Source: a virus
Taxonomy: Duplodnaviria > Heunggongvirae > Uroviricota > Caudoviricetes
DNA length: 64,000 nucleotides
Virus record (IMG/VR): IMGVR_UViG_3300020429_000539
Location: 108,263 to 172,262 of that record
Direction: 5' to 3' (one strand)
Shown: in pieces, positions 54,040-61,203 of the stretch
Layout of the letters: each line of letters begins with the position of its first letter
Position numbering within the stretch: position 1 is the stretch's first letter
Program-made: the position numbers and the translations under genes
Notes under the pieces: generated by a model
Told to the model about the DNA's origin: nothing
Database searches by the model: none
Seen by the model: only the letters and a program-made list of their open reading frames with translations

Positions 54040-54741
54040 ATGAAAATACGTGGAATACATATACGTGGAAAAAACGCTCTGAGAGACGTTTCTTTGGAGT
54101 TCATGGACGATGAGTCTCGAATCCTACAACAATGCCTAATTCAGGGCTCTAATGGGTCTGGAAAGACATTCATTTTTGAATCAATAGCTCGCGGGTGGAG
54201 TTCTAGTGTTCTGGAGCGTAGTTCGAACGAGTGTGGTTTGGTTGCTGACATGGTTCGTGTGGACTACGAGTTGCCTGGTGAGATAGCTAGTGTTCATATA
54301 CGTTCTGGTCGTTTGGAGCGTAGTAGTTCTTTAGCGAAGCATGCAGATGTAGCTGTGACGGAATCTGGTGGTCATGTTCGCAGCGGCGTTGTTTTTTATG
54401 ATTTGAAACGATTGCGTTTGGTGGAGCAGACATTGGATGGTGGGAGTAGTCTTCCTACTGGGGTACAGTCTGTTCTTCCTATTCTTCACGACTTGCATGT
54501 TCGTGACATAACTGACAGCGTTGTGATGATAGATGATTGGGATTGCGGGTTAGATTCTTCTAGTTGCGCGGAATTTTATAAGCATCTGGTCCGTCACACG
54601 CATGCCAAGAATAATCAGTTGTTGTTGTCTTCGAGCGCTGAGCCGCCTGGTTACATTCCTGCTCGGAACGTCAAGCGTCTCAAAGATGGGTGCAACGTCA
54701 TCTCTGATGCTCTAGCACTGATAGGCAAAGTCCACTCATGA
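54040..54741 (+). CDS. compact ABC/RecF-like P-loop ATPase
   Basis: 'IRGIHIRGKNALRDVSLEF' (N-terminal beta-hairpin), Walker A 'LIQGSNGSGKT', signature-like 'LPTGVQSVLPIL', Walker B 'SVVMIDDWDCGLD' and H-loop-like 'LVRHTH'. Only 233 aa. Confidence 0.55.
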   Translation: MKIRGIHIRGKNALRDVSLEFMDDESRILQQCLIQGSNGSGKTFIFESIARGWSSSVLERSSNECGLVADMVRVDYELPGEIASVHIRSGRLERSSSLAKHADVAVTESGGHVRSGVVFYDLKRLRLVEQTLDGGSSLPTGVQSVLPILHDLHVRDITDSVVMIDDWDCGLDSSSCAEFYKHLVRHTHAKNNQLLLSSSAEPPGYIPARNVKRLKDGCNVISDALALIGKVHS

Positions 54742-54878
54742 AATATACGCCTGTGATTATTTGTCGTGGCTGCATGCCCAAAGGAAGCTACATCCATCAG
54801 GGCGCAAAGATGAAGATTCAATGCCTCAAATGCGGCAGAAAATGGCATGGCGAAAAGCTTGTTCGTGCTGGTAAGTAA
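54738..54878 (+). CDS. 46-aa zinc-ribbon protein
   Basis: ATGA-coupled to the ATPase. 'CRGCMPKG' ... 'CLKCGRKW'. It is not in the ORF table because it is under 60 aa. Confidence 0.4.
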   Translation: MKYTPVIICRGCMPKGSYIHQGAKMKIQCLKCGRKWHGEKLVRAGK

Positions 54879-54880
54879 AG

Positions 54881-54900
54881 TTATCCCCTTAAGGGGATAA
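54881..54900 (+). terminator. perfect 20-bp palindrome TTATCCCCTT|AAGGGGATAA (hairpin; terminator or operator)
   Basis: Exact inverted repeat lying 2 nt after the zinc-ribbon stop. There is no T-run on +, but an A-run follows, so it is equivalent to a T-run for a minus-strand transcript. Confidence 0.4.
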
Positions 54901-54942
54901 AAACTTCTTGCCAGATTTTTCAAGGAGTTTCGTTGCTGGTTT

Positions 54943-54965
54943 TTGTATTTCCAAGGGAAATACAA
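54943..54965 (+). promoter_or_regulatory. palindrome TTGTATTTCC-aag-GGAAATACAA preceded by T-run
   Basis: A 10-bp perfect stem in the 320-nt non-coding stretch of the island. Confidence 0.4.
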
Positions 54966-55221
54966 CTGCCGCTTGGTATGTGGTAGGCCTCGTGCGTTCG
55001 GGTTGGCAACAGCTATTTGAACCGCTTGTGTTTTGTTAGGCGTTGTAAACTTAGGCACCCTTCAAATCCTATGTGGGACTTGGTTAGTTTCTTGCACTGC
55101 GCGGGAAAGTTTATATTCTATGTGAAAGCTAGCACTGATAGGTTAAATCTTCTAGCACTGATTAGTAAACTGTATGTGTTAGGGCTTGTATATAGTGGCA
55201 TAGCTTTTGCTAGCTAGTTTG

Positions 55222-55932
55222 CTATGTGCTGAATCGTTCTAATTCTCGTCGTCTGTCTATATAGTATGTGTCAGCTTCTTCTGACTTGTGAGCTATGATT
55301 TTCCAGGGTAGTCCCCAGTGAAGTCGGAGAAGGTTCTCAACGAGTCGTGACGTAGCACTGTTTCCGTCTTCGAATGGTCGGATGGCGAAGAGTTCGAGGC
55401 TGAGCTTCTTGCACTGATTGGCAAGTTCGCCTCCTTCTTCTTGGCTATACATTCCGTACTCGATGGTATCTATGTTGTCTTTTTCAACTTTTACTGCGCG
55501 ATTAATCCAGTTGCAGAGTAGTTCGGGAACATCGAATGGATTGGGTGCCTGGAAGTTTCCGTAGGCGGAGCGATGGATGTAGTCTTGTGTTCTGAAGACG
55601 CCGATGTCTGACGGATGTATGAGGGTGCTGTCTTCTGCCACGAGTCCGAGTTCGGCGATGGGTCTCATGATGTTTCGGTGGAGGCGCTTGAGCCATCCGA
55701 GCGAGTTGTCGAGTTGGAATCGATTTGGGCACTCGATGAGGAGGTTCTCGTCTTCGGCGAGTTGCATGACGAGGGTGATGGCGCGGAGATGACCTGCGAC
55801 GTATGGGTCGCTGTCTGTCTTGCCGAGAGTTTTTTCAATCTTTGACCTGTCCATTGGGATACGGTCGAGCCGGTGGGTATGATAGATGTAAGCTATCAGG
55901 GTATCCTGGTCGGGTTCGGGAAAAGTTCTCAT
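55222..55932 (-). CDS. Fic/Doc-family protein with degenerate active-site motif
   Basis: 'FAIRPFEDGNSATSRLVENLL' aligns to the Fic motif HPFx[DE]GNGRxxR with His->Arg and GNGR->GNSA, so it is probably non-canonical or inactive. Helical content is appropriate for the Fic fold. It is the only minus-strand gene in the region. Confidence 0.5.
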   Translation of the reverse strand: MRTFPEPDQDTLIAYIYHTHRLDRIPMDRSKIEKTLGKTDSDPYVAGHLRAITLVMQLAEDENLLIECPNRFQLDNSLGWLKRLHRNIMRPIAELGLVAEDSTLIHPSDIGVFRTQDYIHRSAYGNFQAPNPFDVPELLCNWINRAVKVEKDNIDTIEYGMYSQEEGGELANQCKKLSLELFAIRPFEDGNSATSRLVENLLRLHWGLPWKIIAHKSEEADTYYIDRRRELERFST

Positions 55933-55950
55933 ACACGCATTATCGGTTCA

Positions 55951-55963
55951 TGCACTGATTCGG
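55951..55963 (+). repeat. 13-bp direct repeat TGCACTGATTCGG (right copy) followed by tandem GGATGAACG x2
   Basis: Identical to 54013-54025. It sits just upstream (on the minus strand) of the Fic-like start, separated from it by an 'ATTATCG' (= CGATAAT on the coding strand). Confidence 0.7.
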
Positions 55964-56028
55964 ATGAACGGATGAACGTATGCGCGGGAGTCAGTCGGGA
56001 CATCGTGCGATACCGAACGGTCTGCAAA

Positions 56029-56090
56029 AAGATGGGTGCAAGGGTGGACGCCTTGCGAGTGAAGACTTACACTTGTAAGATGGGTGCAAG
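56029..56090 (+). promoter_or_regulatory. two direct copies of AAGATGGGTGCAAG 48 bp apart
   Basis: Copies at 56029-56042 and 56077-56090. The same 14-16-mer recurs at 61105-61120. GCGAGTGAAGA also repeats at 56055 and 56152. The pseudo-ORF 55873-56175 translates this region as '..KKMGARVD..CKMGARGFS..'. Confidence 0.55.
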
Positions 56091-56191
56091 GGGATTCTCG
56101 GACCTTGGATCGCCAAAAAGTTCCGCGACTTGGATTCTGGGGCTCAGGCTGGCGAGTGAAGAAAGTTTCAAGTGAAATGGAGGCTGCGATA

Positions 56192-57052
56192 ATGGGCAAC
56201 AGAAACCGAGTCGGCGCACGGAAGGGTCGCCGATGCAGACCTACAGGAATCGGTATGCCCATCAAAAAAGGCGAACTCAACTGCGAGACGTACTATGCGC
56301 ACGCAAAGGAAGCGGACGCTCCTGCGAAGCAGCGACCTGAGTCTGTGGTTGCCCGTCACGGCGGCAAGCAGAAGATTCGTCGTCACCACCTGACGCGAGC
56401 GCAGATGGACAGCCTCATGGAGGCTATGAAGCAGCAAAACAGATGGTTGTGTCCGTTCAATCCGCCCAAGGCGTATTGGGGCCTCGTGGAGGCTCTCTAC
56501 CAGTTGGGTCCGAACAAGCGACATCTCTTCGGCGCGGTCTACGCAAAGATGCAGGAGATCATGTCGAAGGACGAGTATCGAGATGCCGCAGGACGGACGG
56601 CCTGGGAGAAGTTCGAGGGCAAGTCGAACCGCTCGCCATCAACGGGCAAGGACGCCTTTGACCGCATCATGCAGAACATCCGTGTTCTTCAGCGTCTCGG
56701 CGGAGCCAACCCGTATGGGCTGAAGCTGGCCCAGGTCGGCGCGTGCATCAACGTCTACGGCACGAAGAGCAAGCCCTACGTCGAGCTTCAGATTGGGATT
56801 CGTTCAGGCGAAGATGTTGCTCCTGTCAATGAGGCTCGTGAGCGGAACTATCCGAAGAGCATTTCTGCCGTCTCTTCAGGTTTCATGCCTGGCGACGAAA
56901 CGTATGTGGTTGACTGGTTGAGCTTGGACAAGCTCGCTGCGCCTTCGACTCTGGCGGACGCGGTGGCCGAGGCCGAGCAGGATGTTGATGGCCTTGTTCC
57001 CGTGCGGGACATCGGCGATCCTATTCCTGTGCGCGAAAATGACGCGACCTAA
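56192..57052 (+). CDS. hypothetical protein (286 aa)
   Basis: GGAGG lies 8 nt upstream of the ATG at 56192. The ORF-table start at 56084 is a GTG inside the repeat region. Confidence 0.55.
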   Translation: MGNRNRVGARKGRRCRPTGIGMPIKKGELNCETYYAHAKEADAPAKQRPESVVARHGGKQKIRRHHLTRAQMDSLMEAMKQQNRWLCPFNPPKAYWGLVEALYQLGPNKRHLFGAVYAKMQEIMSKDEYRDAAGRTAWEKFEGKSNRSPSTGKDAFDRIMQNIRVLQRLGGANPYGLKLAQVGACINVYGTKSKPYVELQIGIRSGEDVAPVNEARERNYPKSISAVSSGFMPGDETYVVDWLSLDKLAAPSTLADAVAEAEQDVDGLVPVRDIGDPIPVRENDAT

Positions 57053-57070
57053 CGGACTGCGAACTGCTTT

Positions 57071-57082
57071 CCACATACGATT
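57071..57082 (+). promoter_or_regulatory. CCACATACGATT promoter-like element (copy 1)
   Basis: About 77 nt upstream of the ATG at 57148. The flanking 'CGGACTGCGAACT...CCACATACGATTCGG' resembles copy 4. Confidence 0.5.
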
Positions 57083-57147
57083 CGGCTACGCTATCGAGGG
57101 CTGTTGTCTGAGACGCAACAGAAACCCTCAACCCTTGGAGTCGAATC

Positions 57148-58551
57148 ATGCCGAAGAAGACCGCGAAGAAGACGGCCCGTAGGACGGGCACTCCCGACCG
57201 CATCCAGTTTGTGGCTCCGACCACGCCCAACGACCACCTGATTCGTGACGCGATCAAGGTGTTCAATCTCTCGGGCTCGGATGACGGTCCCCAGATTCTT
57301 GGCCTCTTGCAGCAGCATCGTCAGAACATCGACACGATCGTTGATGATGCTGAGCGCGTGTCGCTGTGTGCGGAGAAGGGGTGGGACGAGCCGACCGAAG
57401 CCGAGCGCGTCGCCATCATCCATGACTTTATCAAGTCGTCGGGCGAGAAGAGCGAGAGCGAGTGGGTTTCGTGTCTGTCGCCTGACCGTCAGCGCGTGGT
57501 GGACCTGCCCAAGTACTTCCGCCTGCGCCGTCAGCGCCTCAACGAGCAGATTCGCCAGATTCGGCGGAAGATGCGCGAGGCCGAGAAGAAAATGTCGCGC
57601 GAGATGGACGCGCATCAGAGCCAGATCGAGGGCAATCCTCTGTCGGTTTCGTGGGCGGCTGCGCTCGATGATGACGCGCATGTTCCGATTGAGCGTGTGC
57701 CGACCGGCGACCCGTTGCTCGATGATTGGTTCGGCTTCAACCTCTTGGAGGATGGGACCAAAGAGGGCGGCATGACGATGGGGCATACGTACCTTGTCGG
57801 TGCGGAGCGCGGCATGGGCAAGACTCGTTGGCTTGTCGAGATGTGCGGTCGCCTCTGTGGTCCGCGTCAAATCGACTACATGGGCCGCGAGTTTGGTGGT
57901 CTGCGTGGCCTTTATATCCAAGGCGAAGAGACGCCCCAGCGGTTTGCCAAGATGTTCGCGAGCAAGGTCTGGCGTCCCGATGTTCACGACGTACATCTGT
58001 CGGATACGGCTGTGTTCATGCAGCAGCACGAATCGCTTATCCGTCAGTTGCGCCCGCAACTTATCATCATCGACTCGAAGGACATGATGAAGGATTGGCG
58101 TCATCCGCGCGACGCGGAGAACGCGGTCAAGCTCTACAACCATTGGGCCGAGAAGTACGGCTTCATTCTCTTTATCATTTCGCATGTCAATGCGAAGGGC
58201 GAGATCAAGGGCGGCACGAATCTGCCTCACATGGTTCGTGCGGTTATCAAGGGCTACCGCGACCAGCACGACCCCAACTCGTTCCACCTGCTCATGGATA
58301 AGAACCGTGGTTCGCAGGCGAATAAGACTGTTCGTTGGCGGCACGGCGAGGATACGGTTCATCTTGTGGACCCGAAGAAGGGTCATACGGTGGTCCGCAC
58401 CGAGTTGTCTCCCGATATGGCGGTCCTCTCGGACGCTGTTGATGAGGCGACGGCGCGGCCCGTGTCGTCTGCGATGCTCGACGCTGTTGAGGCGGCGGAG
58501 CGTGGGGACGCTGTTGAACCTGCTAGGTTGGACGACGACTCCGAGGGTTGA
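57148..58551 (+). CDS. DnaB/RecA-superfamily ATPase (helicase-like, AAA_25-type)
   Basis: Walker A 'LVGAERGMGKTRWLVEM', Walker B 'QLIIIDSKD' and 'LFIISHVNAKGEIKGGT' give the RecA-like core in the C-terminal half. 467 aa. Confidence 0.55.
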   Translation: MPKKTAKKTARRTGTPDRIQFVAPTTPNDHLIRDAIKVFNLSGSDDGPQILGLLQQHRQNIDTIVDDAERVSLCAEKGWDEPTEAERVAIIHDFIKSSGEKSESEWVSCLSPDRQRVVDLPKYFRLRRQRLNEQIRQIRRKMREAEKKMSREMDAHQSQIEGNPLSVSWAAALDDDAHVPIERVPTGDPLLDDWFGFNLLEDGTKEGGMTMGHTYLVGAERGMGKTRWLVEMCGRLCGPRQIDYMGREFGGLRGLYIQGEETPQRFAKMFASKVWRPDVHDVHLSDTAVFMQQHESLIRQLRPQLIIIDSKDMMKDWRHPRDAENAVKLYNHWAEKYGFILFIISHVNAKGEIKGGTNLPHMVRAVIKGYRDQHDPNSFHLLMDKNRGSQANKTVRWRHGEDTVHLVDPKKGHTVVRTELSPDMAVLSDAVDEATARPVSSAMLDAVEAAERGDAVEPARLDDDSEG

Positions 58552-58576
58552 TGCGTCTCAGGCACTCCCTCGTTCG

Positions 58577-58610
58577 GGCCTCTCCCTCGGCATGGGGAGG
58601 GGCCTTTTTC
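58577..58610 (+). terminator. intrinsic terminator
   Basis: 'GGCCTCTCCC-tcggcat-GGGGAGGGGCC' followed by TTTTT. Confidence 0.6.
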
Positions 58611-58630
58611 TGTGCGCGAAATTTTGCTAG

Positions 58631-58642
58631 CCACATAGCATT
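58631..58642 (+). promoter_or_regulatory. CCACATAGCATT promoter-like element (copy 2) with downstream extended -10-like TGGTATACT
   Basis: 100 nt upstream of the ATG at 58731. 'TGGTATACT' is at 58653-58661. Confidence 0.5.
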
Positions 58643-58730
58643 TGCTGCTGGCGTGGTATACTGACAACGGCGACAGAGGCGAGCGCCTCGGCCTAGTTCA
58701 TGGTTCATCCCTCTCACGGAAGGAAATGGC

Positions 58731-60026
58731 ATGACGACGATGGTGGAAACGATGGAAGAGGGCTCGGCTGCGGTCGAGCGGTTTGTCAGCGACGAGCGCG
58801 GCTTCAACAGCGACACCGAGGACAAGGTTGTGTCTCGGATGCGGAGCCCGACCGACGCGCTGATGCAGCTTCGTCGCGAGGGGACCGGGCGGTTCGACCT
58901 CGCGGTGGACGACGCGAACCTCCTGAATCTGGAGGCGAGCGACGACGGAACGATCACGATGGCCCCGACGATGCGGCTCGCGGACACGAGCGCGTCTGGC
59001 GCTTCGCTGGCTGCCGACCTCGACAAGCGTGGGTTTATCCCCGTGGACCCGAGCGCGGTCAACCAGCTTTGCTCTCTCATGGGCATCGCGGGCGGTTGGA
59101 AGACCTACCAGAAGCGCTCGCGTCCGGCGCAGTCGTTCATGCGAGACGTGCGCGACACGTTCGGCGGCAAGAGCGGCGCGACGAAGTTTGTCGTTCGCAC
59201 GACGGGCGACGGCTTCGGCAATCATCGCGTGGAAGCGTTCTTCGACGCCAACGCCGAGCGTCCCGATTCGGGCCGCGTGGTCGGCGGTATCTTCCGCGCC
59301 ATCCTTGAGAAGTATGGGGATGTGATTCGCGGCGTGGAGATGATTCGCCAAGTCAACACCGGCGTCGGCTCGATGCGCATTCTCTTCGGCGACCCCGTTC
59401 TGCGCGAGCGGACGAGCGACCCGATGAAGCGCATCTATCCGATGATGGACCTCTTCATGTCCGACCGTGGCAACGTCACGCCCGAAGCGTCGTTGGGCCT
59501 GTGGCGTCTGTGGTGTCTCAACGGATGTACCTCCAAGGATTTCGCGCTGGCGCGGCTCCGCATGGATTCCGAGGGCGGCATGGATGCGTTCATCGAGGGC
59601 GCGGGCAAGCTCGTCAACGCGGCGATTCCGTTCGCCCACGCCATCGCCACGCGGCTCGATGGACTCCAGGACCGCCCGCTCGCCAAGAGCGCGAAGGATA
59701 CCATCGACCTCATCGAGGCCCGTGGGCATATCTCCAAGGGCTTCGCGGAGGATCTTGACCGCTACCGCACGATGGGTCGCGAGGGCGAGGTTGAGACCGA
59801 GTGGGGCATGTTCAACCTCTTTACCGATGCGGCGAGGATGCGTGGGTCGGTCGCCTCTCGGCGTGGGGTCGAGAACAAGGGCCTTCAGTTTGCCCTTGCC
59901 GATGGTGGGTTCAGCGGCGTGGCCGATAGCGGCTTCAACCGCTCCCAGTTTGCTCGCCAGATGAAGGGTATCTGGGAGGACGCTGGGCTTGAGATTCCGA
60001 CCAAGGCTCAGGCGCGGCTCAACTAA
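58731..60026 (+). CDS. hypothetical protein (431 aa)
   Basis: Well-balanced composition and an SD 'GGAAGGAAA'. The long antisense ORF 58698-60044 is R/A/H-rich junk. Confidence 0.55.
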   Translation: MTTMVETMEEGSAAVERFVSDERGFNSDTEDKVVSRMRSPTDALMQLRREGTGRFDLAVDDANLLNLEASDDGTITMAPTMRLADTSASGASLAADLDKRGFIPVDPSAVNQLCSLMGIAGGWKTYQKRSRPAQSFMRDVRDTFGGKSGATKFVVRTTGDGFGNHRVEAFFDANAERPDSGRVVGGIFRAILEKYGDVIRGVEMIRQVNTGVGSMRILFGDPVLRERTSDPMKRIYPMMDLFMSDRGNVTPEASLGLWRLWCLNGCTSKDFALARLRMDSEGGMDAFIEGAGKLVNAAIPFAHAIATRLDGLQDRPLAKSAKDTIDLIEARGHISKGFAEDLDRYRTMGREGEVETEWGMFNLFTDAARMRGSVASRRGVENKGLQFALADGGFSGVADSGFNRSQFARQMKGIWEDAGLEIPTKAQARLN

Positions 60027-60049
60027 TCGGGCACCCCTAACCAACTCCC

Positions 60050-60081
60050 AACGCCCTACCTATTTGGTGGGGCGTTTTTTA
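60050..60081 (+). terminator. intrinsic terminator
   Basis: 'CGCCCTACC-tattt-GGTGGGGCG' followed by TTTTTT. Confidence 0.55.
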
Positions 60082-60112
60082 TTTAAGGGCAAAATTTGAT
60101 TGAACAACTAGA

Positions 60113-60124
60113 AGCCACATAGGA
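60113..60124 (+). promoter_or_regulatory. CCACATAGGATA promoter-like element (copy 3), followed by structured leader
   Basis: 100 nt upstream of the ATG at 60213. The leader contains 'GGGAGCCAAC-aacgta-GTTGGCCTCCC' and a 'GGTTGTCAACC' palindrome. Confidence 0.5.
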
Positions 60125-60212
60125 TAACCTGTTGAGCCCGTAGGTTGTCAACCGAGGGAGCCAACAACGTAGTTGGCCTCCCGAGCAGAACCTTTTAGCC
60201 AAGGAGAACAAA

Positions 60213-60920
60213 ATGGCGAAGGGCACGAACAAGGGCAACGGCAACACCGTTGCGGAACTCATCGCGGCGGCGTCCGGCACGGTCAATGCTCAGCAGACCG
60301 CGCTCTTGGAGGCTCGCCAGAACCTCATCGGCGAGGCCGAGCAGGCCGCGCAGTCGGCGGCGAACAGCGTCGCGGACATCAACAGGCAGATCGCGGAAAT
60401 CGACCAGACCCTCACGGGCACCCTCGGCTTCAGCGGCGACCTCGGCACGCCCGACCTCTCGCCGCTCAACAGCATCGTGGGCACGCGGCCCGCCGCGAAG
60501 CGCCAGCGGCGTTCGTCCAGCGGCTCCGCGTCCAACGGCGGCACGCGCGGCTCGAAGCCGATGCCGATGGCCGACGCGATCTGCATCGCCCTCTGCCGCC
60601 TCGACGCCGGCCCCGACAGCGAGGGCGTGGACCCCGATGCGGTGTTGGCCGAGGTCACGGGCGCTCCCATCCACTACCCGCTCAGCGGCAACGCCGAGAA
60701 CCACCCCAACATCATCTCCCAGAACCTCAGCCGCGTCAAGGGCGAGGGGTGGGTCGAGCAGGTTCCCCAGGAGGGCCGCAAGCGTGGCCTCCCCTACCGC
60801 CTGACCACCGATGGCATGACCTGGGTCCAGCAGAACGCGGGCACCCTCATCCAGCCGTCGCGCCGCACGGACGAGTGGGTCGAGAACCCCGGCGCGGAAA
60901 CCGAGTCCGACGAGGGCTAA
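60213..60920 (+). CDS. hypothetical protein, coiled-coil N-terminus and winged-helix-like C-terminus
   Basis: SD 'AAGGAG'. N-terminal Ala/Gln coiled-coil pattern. C-terminal 'IISQNLSRVKGEGWVEQ...GRKRGLPYRLT' resembles a wHTH recognition helix plus wing. The alternative frames 60173-61072 and 60250-60804 are Arg/Pro junk. Confidence 0.5.
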   Translation: MAKGTNKGNGNTVAELIAAASGTVNAQQTALLEARQNLIGEAEQAAQSAANSVADINRQIAEIDQTLTGTLGFSGDLGTPDLSPLNSIVGTRPAAKRQRRSSSGSASNGGTRGSKPMPMADAICIALCRLDAGPDSEGVDPDAVLAEVTGAPIHYPLSGNAENHPNIISQNLSRVKGEGWVEQVPQEGRKRGLPYRLTTDGMTWVQQNAGTLIQPSRRTDEWVENPGAETESDEG

Positions 60921-60953
60921 TCACAGCCTCGTCCGCCTCTCTCAAATCAAAGC

Positions 60954-60990
60954 AGCGCCCTCTCCTGAGGGAGGGGGCGTTGTTTCCTTG
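60954..60990 (+). terminator. intrinsic terminator (first of a tandem pair)
   Basis: 'CGCCCTCTCC-tga-GGGAGGGGGCG' followed by a T-rich run. Confidence 0.55.
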
Positions 60991-61010
60991 GCACGATGCT
61001 GAGGTTGACG

Positions 61011-61040
61011 AGGACGCGCCTTCGGGCGCGTTCTTTTCTT
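61011..61040 (+). terminator. intrinsic terminator (second of the pair)
   Basis: 'GACGCGCC-ttcg-GGCGCGT' perfect stem with a tetraloop, followed by 'TCTTTTCTT'. Confidence 0.6.
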
Positions 61041-61104
61041 GCGCGAAATGTGGAGAACTCCGCCCACGATGACCGATTCGAGAACATCTAGGGGGAGGCC
61101 AATC

Positions 61105-61150
61105 AAAAGATGGGTGCAAGAGGCGGACTCCGTGACTCCACATACGATTG
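61105..61150 (+). promoter_or_regulatory. composite upstream element: AAAAGATGGGTGCAAG + CGGACTCCGTGACTCCACATACGATT (copy 4)
   Basis: The 16-mer is identical to 56027-56042. The CCACATACGATT core is 66 nt upstream of the ATG at 61204. Confidence 0.55.
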
Positions 61151-61203
61151 CTCGGTGAAATCGGAAACTGTCAGCAACGATCCCCAACGACTAGGAGCCG
61201 AAC

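Noticed and set aside
53414-55221. Search for tRNA genes in the longest non-coding stretches (53414-53539, 54879-55221) and elsewhere
   Set aside because: No 7-bp acceptor stem pairing, no GTTC(G/A)ANTC T-loop and no cloverleaf could be assembled. No tRNA is called, although a phage encoding a TilS-like enzyme and RtcB may carry tRNAs outside this window.
57091-58386. 431-aa minus-strand ORF
   Set aside because: Antisense to the RecA/DnaB-like ATPase with Walker A/B motifs on +. Arg-rich antisense artefact.
58698-60044. 448-aa minus-strand ORF
   Set aside because: Arg/Ala/His/Leu-rich, low-complexity translation typical of the antisense frame of GC-rich coding DNA. The + strand ORF 58731-60026 has balanced composition, an SD and fits the co-directional gene series.
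57028-61050. '(C)TGTGCGCGAAA(A/T)T' seen at 57028, 58609 and 61041 ahead of the CCACATA elements
   Set aside because: The spacing to the CCACATA core varies (17, 40 and 97 nt) and one copy is inside coding sequence. It is probably coincidental GC-rich similarity.
60173-61072. 299-aa and 184-aa + ORFs in alternative frames (60173-61072, 60250-60804)
   Set aside because: Arg/Pro/Gly-rich translations that run straight through two strong intrinsic terminators. The frame starting at 60213 has an AAGGAG SD and a plausible coiled-coil/wHTH protein.
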